A stretch of DNA of 64,000 nt, from the NCBI RefSeq assembly GCF_006345805.1, contig NC_043005.1, forward strand, positions 47,058,001 to 47,122,000, written 5' to 3'. This DNA is from Octopus sinensis. Lineage: Eukaryota. Each line of letters starts with the position of its first letter. Position 1 is the stretch's first letter. This document shows, one piece after another, positions 24,731 to 38,581 of the stretch. The translations under genes and the position numbers were made by a program. The notes under the pieces were generated by a model. The model was not told the origin of the DNA, searched no databases, and saw only the letters and a list, made by a program, of their open reading frames with translations.

Positions 24731-25742
24731 TGTCTGTATGGTAATGTTAATCTACGGTTCATATTTACAAATAGCTCACATACATCTTGTGTCTCTGAGC
24801 TGATGGCATTTTCTGTTTTTGCTCTGTTGCTGTGTGTTATTTCTTTTTCTCTTTTTTTTTTCTTTTGACTTTCTCATGCAACTCGAACCTATTGGAAAAA
24901 TGAATGTTACAGTCTCTATTATGAACATCAAATTACTGTGTTGGTTAAAGTATGTTTGTCTCTGAATCAGGTTATCAGGTTTAACGCATATAATCAAATC
25001 ATGGACACCGTATATATTTTTTTTTTTATTTTCATCTATCTCTTCATGATCAAGTATTCTCCGTTTCTATTTACATACGCTTTTAGTAAATTGTCTTCTC
25101 AAAGAATACTTTACATCAACAAATATGATTTTCTTAAGAGTCTGGCTACTTCTAAGCAATAGAGTATGTTATCAGAATTTACCTGCTTCATTCTATGTTC
25201 TTCATAAAATATTGTTATTCACCTTTACCTTCAGGTTAACTTCTAAGTCAATATATAAAAATAAAACATTCCAGCTATGACCATCCCGTTTTACGTCCGG
25301 GCATTGTGTAACTATAACTGTCTTATTTGCTCTGTCTTCATCTTTTAAAGATGGTAGAGTGTAAAATGAGCAAGAAGTGGCATATATGTTTTGCGAACAT
25401 GATGCAGCTTAAAAAGATGTTCTTATGGTCATGACTCAATAATAAACTTATTAAGTTTACTAATAAGTTTAGCTATGGTATGAGGCCCTAAAACTGAACA
25501 GAGGTCCATACGAACACACAAAATTATAGACTAATATTAAAATAAAAATGTTGCGTTTAACACAAACTGATCACATGTCATTACAAAAAAATGTATATAT
25601 ATGCTTAAAAATATATATCATTAAAAATATATTTTAAAAAATATACCCTTAAAAAAGATATATTTTGAAATTTGTATATAAGGAAGAATAAGTAAACAAA
25701 TTATTTTGGATTAGCTATAAGTTATTATGAAGTCATTCATAA

Positions 25743-26180
<438 letters not shown>

Positions 26181-26181
26181 T

Positions 26182-26219
<38 letters not shown>

Positions 26220-26240
26220 TATATATATATGTATATTTTC

Positions 26241-26280
<40 letters not shown>

Positions 26281-26338
26281 ATACATCTGGTTGTTGTCTA
26301 CCCCACCTGTCTTTGTCTTTTTGTTTTGTGAATCCTCT

Positions 26339-26384
<46 letters not shown>

Positions 26385-26385
26385 A

Positions 26386-27553
26386 AATCCTTAAAATCCT
26401 TAAAAGTGTTTCCGTCCGAAGGCTGCAGCCATGCTGGGGCACCACCGTTGAACGAGCTACACTAGTATGTGAAACAACGTCTGATACGTGGCACTTGATC
26501 AACAAGGGAGGTCGATGCCGCTGCCCGCATCTGTGTTTCCTGCCGAGAGGTAGGTTCATCTGGAACCCCCGACAAGAAGAGATCCAGTATAATTTTAAAG
26601 AAACCCACATCCACACCATACAGGTCTCTCAGGCATTTAGGGAAGATGTTGAAGAGCTGTGGTCCTCTGAAACCCAAGCTGTTGCAGTATCTGGTCCTGT
26701 ATTTTAATGATGGTGTTTGAATCTTTGGCACTATGCAGTGGAGCCCCGTTCTGCGGTTGGGGTAACTTTGAATGCCAAAGTTTGGGACAAGACCCTCCAG
26801 GATTTTCCAGATGTATATCACTGCATATCTCTCCCACCTTCGCTCCAAAGAGAAGAATTTTAATACTTTCAGTCTTTCACAGTAGCTGATATGTTGCATT
26901 GAGACGATCTTCTTAGTGTAGCTTCGTTGGATTGCTTCGAGTTCTGCTGTTAGCTTTATATTGTGTGGTGACCATAGTTGGGAGCAGTAGTCCAAGTGGC
27001 TGAGGATGAATGTCTTCCAAACGACCATCAGTGTCTCCTTCTCTCTTGTTCTGAAAGTTCGGAGAATCCATCCAGCTAGCCGTCTGCATTTTATCACCAA
27101 ATTAGTAATATGCACTTGGAAAGATGCATCATTGCTCAGGTCAATGCCCAGGTAATGCACTGATTTTGACTCAGGAATTACAATTCTTCCCTGGCATGTG
27201 TATCCAGTCTGCATGTCGTTTACCTTTGAGTGCCGGTAGCGCAGGGCCTGGAATTTCCCTGCATTAAACTGCATGTTGTTGTCCTCAGCCCACCTGTATA
27301 TTGTATCCAACTCACGTTGCAGATGTGCAATATTTCAAGGGTTTTGTATTGTGTGGGAAACTTTTGTGTCATCTGCATAGCTAGCAAGGGTGGTCATCTA
27401 AGCAACTGAGGGCATGTCTGAAAGGGCCACTATGAACAGCAGTGGCCCCAAGACAGTGCCCTGTGGAACACCGCTTGTTATTTGTGTTTCCTTGGAGGTG
27501 GCTCCATTGGTAACAACTGCCTGCCTTCTATCTTTCAGGAAGTTGTGCAGCCA
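26386..27553 (-). mobile_element. CR1/L2-group LINE, 5'-truncated, two in-frame stops
   Basis: SGVPQGTVLGPLLF, SYADDTK, LDYCSQLWSP, RLKVLKFFSLERR, GVPDEP; tail (TTTAAGGA)-type. Confidence 0.95.
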
Positions 27554-27610
27554 CAAGAAATTAACTGCTTAAAAGCCCATACGAAGAGTATTCCATCCAA
27601 TTAGAGTTCA

Positions 27611-27757
27611 ATATTACTAAACGTTTCAACTACATTCACGTATGGCGCTACTCATAACTTCCCGCAAAGCGATTGACGCCTGATGAGCGTACGCATGTAC
27701 AGGCAGGAAACTATTAGTAACGCGATAAATACATATAGTTGAAACGTTTAGTAATAT
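27611..27757. mobile_element. Small palindromic element with 22-bp perfect terminal inverted repeats
   Basis: atattactaaacgtttcaacta / tagttgaaacgtttagtaatat; internal ctgatga...gaaac. Confidence 0.75.
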
Positions 27758-27852
27758 ATGGCTATATACATACATACATACATACATGTATATATATGTA
27801 TATACTACTACTACTAATAATAATTATAATAATGATAATAATAATAATAATA

Positions 27853-27888
<36 letters not shown>

Positions 27889-28107
27889 TAATAGTAAACA
27901 ATCGAGTAAAGTATGCTCAAGATTCAAGTGAGGCTAGATATTATCTTTCACCAACCTTGATATTTAAATGATGTTCACCAACCTTGATATTTAAATGATG
28001 AATATATCTTTCACACCAAAGACATAAAAGATATGAAATACTGATGGTTGAATTGGTTTTCATTAAACTTTCTAGATTGGTGTCTGAATTTGTTTTGAAG
28101 AAAACTC

Positions 28108-28153
<46 letters not shown>

Positions 28154-28419
28154 ATATATTATATATATATATATATATGGGGGTAGAGTTGCATAAAATA
28201 TTGTCTGGATTTATAAGATAGAAGATTAGAACATATTGGATTATCTTTTACGAAATTGATATTTCATCATTAAGCTTTTATCTTGTGTTGCTGAAAGATT
28301 AAAATATTCAATGAAAGTATTTATTTCGACAACAAAAATACTCTTTTTATATAAGACTGGGTAAGAATAGTATCAACAAAAGTTGCGTTACGTATTTTAA
28401 TAATGATATACATACATGC

Positions 28420-28445
28420 ATATATATGTACATATACATACATAT

Positions 28446-28497
<52 letters not shown>

Positions 28498-28503
28498 ACA
28501 CAC

Positions 28504-28534
<31 letters not shown>

Positions 28535-28538
28535 ATAT

Positions 28539-28580
<42 letters not shown>

Positions 28581-28760
28581 ATATTATATATATATATATA
28601 TATATACATAATACATATATATACATACGTATATATATATATATATATATATATACATAATACATATATATACATACGTATATATATATATATATAATAT
28701 ATATATATATACATATATATATATACGTATGTATATATATGTATTATGTATATATATATA
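28420..28760. repeat. (CA)/(TA) compound microsatellite
   Basis: Direct repeats. Confidence 0.95.
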
Positions 28761-29219
28761 AAGAATGAAGAGTTTTGAATGGTATAACAATGAACCATAA
28801 TACAAATAATGGTCTATATACCTGTTGTAATTTAGTCATCCATAGTTTAATGATATTTTGGAATAAAATTTCTTCTTCAGAAATATCACCAGACTATGGA
28901 TGGCTAAATTACAACAGGTATATAGACCATTATTTGTATTGTAGTGCTTTCTTGTACCATTCCAAAATTTTATTCTTTACAAACAATAAACAATGCTTGA
29001 AGCGAACTACAATACTCTCCTATATATAGATATGTATATATATGTATGTATGTATATATATATATGTATATATATATATATGTATTTATATATATATGTA
29101 TTTATATATATATATATACACACCTATATATATATATATACATATACATATATGATATATATTTGCATATATACATACATTTACATACTTACATATATAT
29201 ATGTATATACAAGTGCATA

Positions 29220-29780
29220 TATGGGTACAGGACGTGAAAAAACGTAAACAACAGGAAAAACGGGAACAATAATTACAACATAGAAACGGAACTTTTTTTT
29301 TGCGAACAACGAAAGGCAACATAACAATCTATTCATCAGTTGTCCACTATTTTATCTACTTCGCATTTCGAGCACTAGGGCAAGATGCGTCTTCGTCAAA
29401 ACTGTTGCTCCTGCAAGGCAAATAAAATAAAATTTGGGATTAGCGGAGGAACAAAGTTGATAACAAACACAAACGATACCGAGGTGAATTGGTGAACATT
29501 GGAGAGATAAGCTTTTATAAGAGACAGACAAAAATACGAGCTAGCCCTGTAGCTGAAGGAGAAGAAAGAAAAAAGATGGCCACTGGTCTCGTGTGAGCAA
29601 CAAGAGCGTCAAGGAGGAAGAGAGAGGGACAGACAAAGAATGGTGAAGCGGGGAGGAGAAGAATTAGAGAAAGAATGGGGTAGAAAAAGAGGATATAAAA
29701 AGAATATAAAAAGAATATAAAGAGGAAGAGAGAGACAAATAGAGATAGTGATATAATAGTGTCGCATCAGAATTAAGATA
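29220..29780. mobile_element. PLE-type dispersed repeat (atgggtacaggac family)
   Basis: Paralogous to 29910-30245 and 3448-3600; hammerhead-like core on the minus strand. Confidence 0.65.
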
Positions 29781-29909
29781 AAACTTACTTGGGAATGGTT
29801 GCGTAGCGTTCAATCATATAATAATGTAAATAATATATATAGATATATATGCATATATACATACATACATGTACATATATATATATATATGTGTATATAC
29901 ACAGGCATA

Positions 29910-30245
29910 TATGGGTACATGACATCAAAAAACGTATACAACATGAAAAACGGGAACATGAATTACAACAACATGGAAAACGAACAACGAACAACGAAAG
30001 AAACAAATAGAAAAACAAGACAGGCAACATAAAGAACAATCCCTTCATCTGTTGTCCACTGTTTTATCTGCTATGCATTTCGAGCACTAGGACACGGTGT
30101 GTCTTCGTCAAAACCGTTGCTCTTGCAAATCACATTAAATAAAATTTGGGATTGCGAAGGGTCAAAGTTAGTAACAAACACAGGACAGTGATAACAAACG
30201 GTAAGAGCTGTTAGGCCTTAACGGGGTGAAGTGGTGAACGCTATA
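29910..30245. mobile_element. PLE-type dispersed repeat (atgggtacaggac family)
   Basis: Paralogous to 29220-29780. Confidence 0.65.
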
Positions 30246-30689
30246 TGGAATTCAAAGCAGATTTCTAATGTTGATTCTTCATATTATGCTGGTAGTTTAC
30301 TGGCGTAAATTTGATAATATGAAAGTAATATTTGTATATGATGTGTTGTGAATTTATGGAAAGAAGTCCCATAAAACTCATCCATTTAGTTAAAAAGAGA
30401 GAAGACAAGTTGTTAAAATATATATAAGAATTTGAATTGATGCAGACGATCGTTTCGTACAGAGATATAAAAATAATGCAAATTCACGAGTGAACTGTAT
30501 TAGATTAAATGAATTAAATTAATTTAATTATATATATCAATGTACTCTCCAGTGCCGGAAGTATAAACAAAATTTACAATGAACTTGAGAAAGGATATAG
30601 CAGAAGAATAGAATGTAGGAGATTCGTATTTTTATCCTTATGAGAAAGAGATGTGAGTCAAGTTAGATATTAACTATAACTCTATATCT

Positions 30690-30699
30690 ATGTATGTAT

Positions 30700-30732
<33 letters not shown>

Positions 30733-30865
30733 TACATACATATATACATACATACATACACACACACACATACATACATACATACATACATACATACATA
30801 CATACATACATACATACATACATACATACATACATACATACGTACATACAAATATATATATATAT
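30690..30865. repeat. (TACA)n microsatellite
   Basis: Direct repeats. Confidence 0.95.
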
Positions 30866-33206
30866 AAACTTAGATAAACTTAGATATGTTTCGACCAAAG
30901 ATTGGTCCAGGCCATGTCTAACTTAATAGCACCACCTGATAGGATTATTCGAATCCTGTTTAAGTCAAGTTTTGTTCAAGTAGTGAGTTCTTGTTGGGTG
31001 AGTTGTATCCAATTATGGGTGGCTTATCTGGTATTCTTTGAAGGAATCTATCCACACTCTGTTTAAAGTTGATGGGATCCTTTTCCTCTCTGATCTCCCT
31101 CGGGACAATGTTAAATAGGGCAGAGCCTGTTGAGGAAAAGAAATTATGTTGCAGTGTACATGTATGTTGTGATCTTGAATTGGGCAGGGGACGTATAGCC
31201 CGTGGTCCAAGTCTTGGATGAACCTTGAAGCTAATGTTTAGGTCGTTTGGGCAAAGTTGGCGGTATATTTTCCACATCGTACAAATGATGTACCGCTCAC
31301 GGCTTCGCTGGAGGGAGTAAAGTTTCAAGGTTTTAAGGCGATCCCAATAATCGAGAGCAGCCATGCCTTCAATTTGTTTAGTGAGTGCCCTCTGGGGTGA
31401 CTCAATTCTGGAGATGTTTTGTCTTGTGTGAGGAGACCACAGTGGGCAGCAGTATTCAAGGTGTGGCCGTACAAAGGAGGAAAAAAGTGGTATGATGACA
31501 CCTTGTTCTCTGGACCGGAAAGTTCTTAAGATCCAGGAACTCATCCTACGAGCTATATCGACCTTCTTGTTGATGTGTGCACTCCAACTGAGATCGTCAT
31601 CAACAATTACACCCAGGTCTCTGATATTGTTACAGGCTGTGAGCAGTTCCCCTGAAGGAAGAGAGTATGGTTGTTTTAGTGAGGAATTTCTTCCAAAATG
31701 CATCAGCTCAAATTTTCCCTCATTCAGTTGCATTTTGTTTCTGTCTGCCCATTGACTCACAGCATATAGATCAGACTGGAGTTGAGTTCGGTCTGCTTCT
31801 TCATTGACGATTTGCTGGAGCTTAGTGTCATCAGCAAATATTTTCACTTTGCAGTAATGTACGACACCGGAAAGGTCGTTTACGTAAATTATGAAGAGTA
31901 GCGGACCCAAAACAGTTCCCTGGGGAATACCGCTGGTGACTTTTGCTGGGTTTGAGTGAACTCCATCAACTACAACATGTTGTGTTCTATTCGCCAGGAA
32001 ATACTTAATCCAGTGTAGAACTTTTCCACGGATTCCAACGTTTGCCAATTTTGAGAGTAGAATGTTATGGTCTACCCTGTCGAACGCTTTACTGAAGTCA
32101 AGATATATGACGTCAGAGTTCGAACCTGTTCCCAAGGCTTTGAGTACATCTTCAATGTGGTGTAAGAGCTGTGTTAGACAGTCCCTGCCACAGCGAAAGC
32201 CATGCTGATTTGCATTTAGGAGTTTGTGGGTCTCCAGGAAGTCAGCTATCCTTGATCTTAACACTCTTTCAAACACTTTAATGATGTGGGAGGTGAGTGA
32301 GATTGGGCGATAGTTGACTGCGAGGGATCTGTTTCCCTGTTTGAAAACCGGGATGACCGACTGGGATAGAAACTGTTTCGGTATATAACCTGCGTCTAAC
32401 GAATTTCTCCAGAGGTTGGTCAGAGGGACAGCAAGTTGGTATCTACATTCCTTCAGGAGACTAGCGGGAAATCTATCAGGGCCTACAGCAGAGTAATGTT
32501 TGACCTCATTTATTGCTGCTACGATGTCGGTGGCAGTGAAGGTTATGTCTGAGATTTTGTGTTGAGAGTCAACTTCGTTCGTTTCCCTTACGTCAATATC
32601 AGTGGGAACACTAAAGACAGAGCAGTATTGTTTCTTCAGTATTTCTGCCATTTCTTTAGCATCGTGTTGGGGAATGCCGTTATCATCAATCAATGGCCCA
32701 ATGGGTGAGACAGTGGTTCTATGCTTATTTGCATAAGAATAGAACACTTTTGGGTTCTGTTTGATGTTTTTGATTACCCATTGTTCCTCCACAGCTCTTT
32801 GATTTTCAATGGAGGTTTTCGTGTTGGTCTGCAGATGAAGTTTTTCCAGCTCTAGTCTTTTCATTGTTGTTGAATGTGGATGTTGTGTGTGGGAATATTT
32901 TAATTGGTAGATTTTTTTGTTGAGTCTTTTGATGCGCCTAATGAGTGTTTTTTTTTCTTTTTAGGGAGCCGGTTTCTGTTTGTGTTACTAGATTTCTTGG
33001 GAGCGTGTTTAGAGCATGTATAGGTGACAATGTTTTCAAAGTGCTGCCACGCGGTCTCAATATGAGAGGAATTGAGAGTAAAAGACCAGTCGATGGAAGA
33101 CAGATCCTTTCTGATTGTTCCCCAGTCCGCTTTGTGGAAGTTTATGTTGTCAAATGGGTGCCATGGAGTGGGATTGGCTGGTTTGGTTTTTATATGTCGG
33201 GAATTA

Positions 33207-33208
<2 letters not shown>
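30866..33208 (-). mobile_element. Young CR1/L2-group LINE, 5'-truncated (no endonuclease domain)
   Basis: RT ORF plus upstream linker NFHKADW; tail (ATCTAAGTTT)x2; both ends in microsatellites. Confidence 0.95.
30960..32864 (-). CDS. Non-LTR retrotransposon reverse transcriptase (ORF2, 634 aa uninterrupted)
   Basis: YRPISLTSHIIKVFER, NQHGFR, YLDFSKAFDRV, SGIPQGTVLGPLLF, IFADDTK, LEYCCPLWSP, IPDKP. Confidence 0.95.
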   Translation of the reverse strand: MKRLELEKLHLQTNTKTSIENQRAVEEQWVIKNIKQNPKVFYSYANKHRTTVSPIGPLIDDNGIPQHDAKEMAEILKKQYCSVFSVPTDIDVRETNEVDSQHKISDITFTATDIVAAINEVKHYSAVGPDRFPASLLKECRYQLAVPLTNLWRNSLDAGYIPKQFLSQSVIPVFKQGNRSLAVNYRPISLTSHIIKVFERVLRSRIADFLETHKLLNANQHGFRCGRDCLTQLLHHIEDVLKALGTGSNSDVIYLDFSKAFDRVDHNILLSKLANVGIRGKVLHWIKYFLANRTQHVVVDGVHSNPAKVTSGIPQGTVLGPLLFIIYVNDLSGVVHYCKVKIFADDTKLQQIVNEEADRTQLQSDLYAVSQWADRNKMQLNEGKFELMHFGRNSSLKQPYSLPSGELLTACNNIRDLGVIVDDDLSWSAHINKKVDIARRMSSWILRTFRSREQGVIIPLFSSFVRPHLEYCCPLWSPHTRQNISRIESPQRALTKQIEGMAALDYWDRLKTLKLYSLQRSRERYIICTMWKIYRQLCPNDLNISFKVHPRLGPRAIRPLPNSRSQHTCTLQHNFFSSTGSALFNIVPREIREEKDPINFKQSVDRFLQRIPDKPPIIGYNSPNKNSLLEQNLT

Positions 33209-33275
<67 letters not shown>

Positions 33276-34130
33276 ATAATGTGTGTATGTGTGTGTACGT
33301 ACATATCCTCAGTATACACTTTTCTACTTTCGATATACTAAACATCTGCTTTGAGTGTTATTTCACTGCAATTTCTAGCAGGTTCAAGGACCACGTAGAT
33401 TCTCTTGCTTTCATATTCTCGTAGCTCGAGATCAACTTAAAATTATCAAACATAAAATGAAGGGTGATTCAGGAATGACCCGACCCTCAGATATTGCTAT
33501 ACATATAATCTACACTCTCCAAGATGTAACACTTTCACTGAGATGTAGCTGCTACTTCTATAATATCGCGTAACCACGTTTAGGTGCTTTCCTTTTCAAT
33601 TTAGTATAAATTTTAACATACTTAACGATGGAAGTTTATAACGTTATAAACGACTGAAGAGAGATTGTTACGATGGAGCAGCTTTTTTTCAACGGGGAAC
33701 CATTCTGAATGAAATGCAAATTGCTCAAACTAGACTAGCCTGAAGCACAATCCTCCAGGCCATTTTCTCCCCAGGAGTTTCAGACATCAGGTCAAAACGA
33801 GTTGAAGCTATTGTTCATCTTCAACACGAAATATAACGTTGAACTTGCACTGGGACAACCGTAACAGCAATATTGAAGGTAAGTCATTATTTACATTGGT
33901 CTGTAATGAAAAATGAAAAAAATGTTGCCAACCAAATAAGCAATTACGTTCGTAATGCACGGCAGCCATTAACACTTAGTTGTCAATCAGTGGCTTTAAG
34001 CCGCACATATTTATATATATCTTCTTCAATATCGATCACTTGACCAACACATGCATACATATATGAGTGTGAGTATGTCTATGTGCATATCTATATGTAC
34101 ATATATAAATATATGTATGTGTGTACGTAT

Positions 34131-34503
34131 ACTCTTTTACTCTTTACTTGTTTCAGTCATTTGAATGCGGCCATGCTGGAGCACCACCTTTCGTCGAACA
34201 AATCGACCCCAAGACTTATTCTTTGTAAGCTTATCGGTCTCTTTTGCCGAACCGCTAAGTTACAGGGACGTAAACACACCAGCATCGGTTGTCAAGAGAT
34301 GGTGGGCGGACAAACACAGGCACACAAACATATACACATACATATGTATATACGACAGGATTCTTTTAATCTCCGTCTACCAAATCAACTCACATGGAAT
34401 TGGTCAGCCCGAGGCTAAAGTAGAAGACACTTACCCAAGGTGCCTCGCAGTGGGACTGAACCCGAAACCATATGTTTGGGAGGCAAGCTTCTTACCACAC
34501 AGC
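34131..34503 (-). mobile_element. SINE family A
   Basis: Reverse complement of 7057-7468. Confidence 0.9.
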
Positions 34504-34689
34504 TACCCCAAGTTATGAAATCTCTAGAAGAGATGGAGTAGTAACTTATACTAAACAGTAAAGCGAGTAGCCACATTAAAGTGGCAGGTGAATGTTACTA
34601 CTAGTTTAACCCCAGGTGGGTTTAAACTGACATGCGGATACGTGCTTACATATACACACATATCCACTCACACAATATAGCAAAGCAAG

Positions 34690-34920
34690 TGCAAAAGCCA
34701 ATAAAGTCCAAGGTACGTACAGAGTTAATATTATTGGGTTGAGGCTCAAATAAGAAAAAGTATACAATGATTCTATTACGCTTCGGACATAGTCTTTCGT
34801 CAGAAACTAAAGGAATGTCCTGAAATTGAGGAAGACGGGAAATATGATAAAAAAGATAGGAGGGCTAGGAAAAATGCTCTTGCGCTAGGTTCACATGCTC
34901 GTCATAGAGAGAAAAACATT
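34690..34920 (-). mobile_element. PLE-type repeat with a decayed hammerhead-like motif at 34772-34806
   Basis: CUGACGA-A-AGAC(uau)GUCC-GAAG-CGU-A. Confidence 0.5.
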
Positions 34921-35803
34921 CACACACACACATATAGAAATAAATATAGGTCAATCACACGCACATCTATATATGTATATGCTTGTATGCATTCACGTAT
35001 AGGTTATCACTATCATGTTAGAGTATATGCAAGAATGAGTACAGCTGCTTGATTGAGTCTCATACCTCATTTAGCAGTAATGTATGCAAATCTATGCATT
35101 CTGAGGATCTTGTGCGACTCCAGCTCAATTTTTTTCCAGGCGCTCAAATTCACCTTTCATTTCTTTTATTTAAAAATTTTCTAGGAATGCATTGTGTACG
35201 CGGTGCCTTATTTATATTTGAATGTAGAATATGATTTAGAGGAATCAGTTTGTATCTGGCAGGCTTCGCGAAAGATTATGAAGAAGGTCGTACGTTGATT
35301 CCTCATTCATGTAGAAATGTGTGTGTGTGTGTGTGTGTGTGTGTATCATACGTGGTAGTGACCAGAATTTCTTTCGTATAGCAAATAAAAATTGGAAACT
35401 GTATCAGAAGTATCGTGTCTACATGGTCTCTTTACAATAACATCATCATCATCAACAGCAACAACAAAAACAACAACAACTACAACTACTATTACTACTA
35501 CTACTACTACTACGACGACGACTGCCACCGCCGCTGCTGCTGCAGTTGTTGCCGATGCTGCTAATGCTGATGCTGATAGTGCATACAAAGCAAACCACAC
35601 ATATTTATACTTTATGATGCGATCGTTCATACACATTCACACACACGCGCAGACACTCCTGTGCTAGCGTAAACGCACACACACACACACACATATATAT
35701 AACCGATGTACACATACACACACACACAAGCGCGTACACACATGCATACACATACACAAACAACACATATAAATATAAATATTTATACATATAAATACAC
35801 ACA

Positions 35804-35858
<55 letters not shown>

Positions 35859-36073
35859 GCACGTCATATATGTCTGCGTATATATATTTCTCACTAAATG
35901 CATTTATATATTTTTAAGTAATATATACACCACTTCGATATTGTAAATACAGGTCAGGAAATAAACTAAAATGAAACAGGAAGTACAAATTTTAGTATTA
36001 AAAATCTATCCCAGTTTACTGAGAAACGGTGCTAGATGCGTAAACTAGTGAAAAGCTACATTTGAAAGACTCT

Positions 36074-36474
36074 ACTCTTTTACTTGGTTCAGTCATTTGA
36101 CTGCGGCCATACTGGAGCACCACCTTTTGTCGAGGAAATCGACCCCAGGGCTTATTCTTTGTAAGCCTAGTATTTATTCTATCGGTCACTTTTGCCGAAC
36201 CGCTAGGTTACGGGGACGTAAACACACGAGTATCGGTTGTCAAGCGATGTTGGGGGGGGGGGCAAACACAGACACACACACACACACACACATATGCATA
36301 TACATATATATGACGGGCTTCTTTCAGTTTCCGTCTACCAAATCCACTCACAAGGATTTGGTCGGCCCGAGGCTATAGTAGAAGGCATTTGCCCAAGGTA
36401 CCACACAGTGGGACTGAACCCGGAACCATGTGGTTGGCAAGCAAGCTACTTACCACACAGCCACTCCTGCGCCT
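36074..36474 (-). mobile_element. SINE family A, full length
   Basis: Head aggcgcaggagtggctgtgtgg, all modules present. Confidence 0.93.
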
Positions 36475-36812
36475 GTTTATGTTATACTCAAACCACTTTC
36501 CTCTATTGATATTGAGTTAACAATCGACATACGGCGCTTTGACTTGAACCTATCAAACTTTATTCTAATACTAAGATTCTTATTCTATAGAGTGTGTGTG
36601 TGTGTGTCTGTTTCTGTGTGTATTGTTATTGAATCCAGGCGCATTGTTAATATAAATATCCTTTCTACTGTAGGCACAAGGAGTTCGCTCGATAACATCG
36701 ATTCCAGTACTCAACTGGTACTTATATCATCGAACCCGAAAGAATGAAAAGCAAAGTCGACCTCAACAAAATTTGAAATCAAATCTTAACGTAAAGACAA
36801 AAAAATTGTTTG

Positions 36813-36878
36813 CATGCCGACCAATGCCTTGTGAGTGAATTTGGTAGACGGAAACTGAAAGAAGCCTGTCGTATATAT

Positions 36879-36918
<40 letters not shown>

Positions 36919-37128
36919 TTGTGTGTCTGGGTTTGTCTCCCTAGCATTGCTTGACAACCGATGCTGGTGTGTTTACGTCCCCGTCACCTAGCGGTTCGGC
37001 AAAAGAGACCGATAGAATAAGTACTGGGCTTACAAAGAATAAGTCCCGGGGTCGATTTGCTCGACTAAAGGCGGTGCTCCAGCATGGCTGCAGTCAAATG
37101 ACTGAAACAAGTAAAAAAGTAAAAGAGT
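36813..37128 (+). mobile_element. SINE family A, 5'-truncated
   Basis: Near-identical to 7160-7468. Confidence 0.92.
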
Positions 37129-38581
37129 ATGTTGGACGAAATGCTGCTGAGTGCGCATGAGAACAATTCTGTTAGTTCACCGCCATTGTTTATATAAGCA
37201 TAAATCATGTAAATTATATCAGTACTAATTCATATTTTCTACAAGGTATCTTTCTTTTTCACAACAGCAGTGAAGAGGTAAATATGCGAACACTGATAAG
37301 TTTTTAAAGAAGGCAAATCTAATCGGCCGTTTCTTCTCTTTTAGCTTTCGAAGTTCTCATGTTTTGCTCACATGTTATATTTTGACAGTAAGCATAAATC
37401 TCGAATACTTATAAAACAATCTATGAGAATTTTTTTCTCCATACTCGTTTATTCATAACCACGCTGTTTTATTACATATTTTATTAAATTTCGTCCTTTG
37501 TACCAGCAATACATTATTTACAAATAATTCAAACACTGGAATGAAATGGTTGTCTACAGGTTGTATTTTTGCTACGAGAGTAAATATATTTTTATTAAAT
37601 ATATTTTATATAATTTCCATATTCACATGGAAATTCGAGCAAATACATACGCACATACCTACACACACCTTCTTTCTCTCTCTCTCTCTCTCTCTCTCAC
37701 TCACTCGCTCTCTCTCTCTCTCTCTCTCTCTTTCTCTATACCCATATACAATAAATTACATTAAATTACGATGTCTAACTCTGATTTGAATCCCATATTT
37801 TCGAATGGTTTCTACTTTACGCGCAGTAACTAACATAAAAGAAATTGATCTGAAGCTATGGTGGAACACCCCTGACTAGTTGCCGTGCAGGGGTCTCGTA
37901 CCCGAAATCAAACTGTTGCAGAACAAACTTCCTCGCCATACAGTTTTACTGCTTCAATTTAGAAAACATTGTATGTATGTATGGATATATGTAACTCCAT
38001 CAGGAATTACAAATTTGCGAGTTATTACAATCTAACAGTGAGATCAAATTCGTTGCATATGTATCCGGCAACGTATTATATTATTCTAAGCTAGGTTTTT
38101 AAGTTATTTTGGGAAGCACTACCAATAGTTGTAAAATCTCAACAACCCATGTTTTACTTACAGAACTTAATTACTGAAGTTCCTGTAGTTATAATGGAGT
38201 AGCTGAGTTTATTTTTAGTTATTCTTACAAACAATACATTTGGCTTACATTTGCAAAGAACTAATTTATTTTATGCACCCCCTGCCTAATCATTTCGATG
38301 GAAAGAACATTTTGCTGTAGAATATATTGATTGGTATTAATTTATATTTATTTTTAGACTTTGCCTTTCATATTTTCTTGATGTTTAGTATAGAAACCAT
38401 GTTACATTTAACAGCATAAATATAAATGGGGAAAATAAAAAAATAGAGAATGGACGGTGGGTGAGGAGTTAATTTCGTTGATTCGAGCAAGCTAACGACT
38501 AAAGTGATTAATTTCCTTCTTTAATTCAATATGCAAATGTTGAAACATTTTAACTCCACATTAACATTACAGCCACCACCG

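Noticed and set aside
27947-28000. 27-bp tandem duplication
   Set aside because: Ordinary local slippage; two copies and no spacers, so not CRISPR-like
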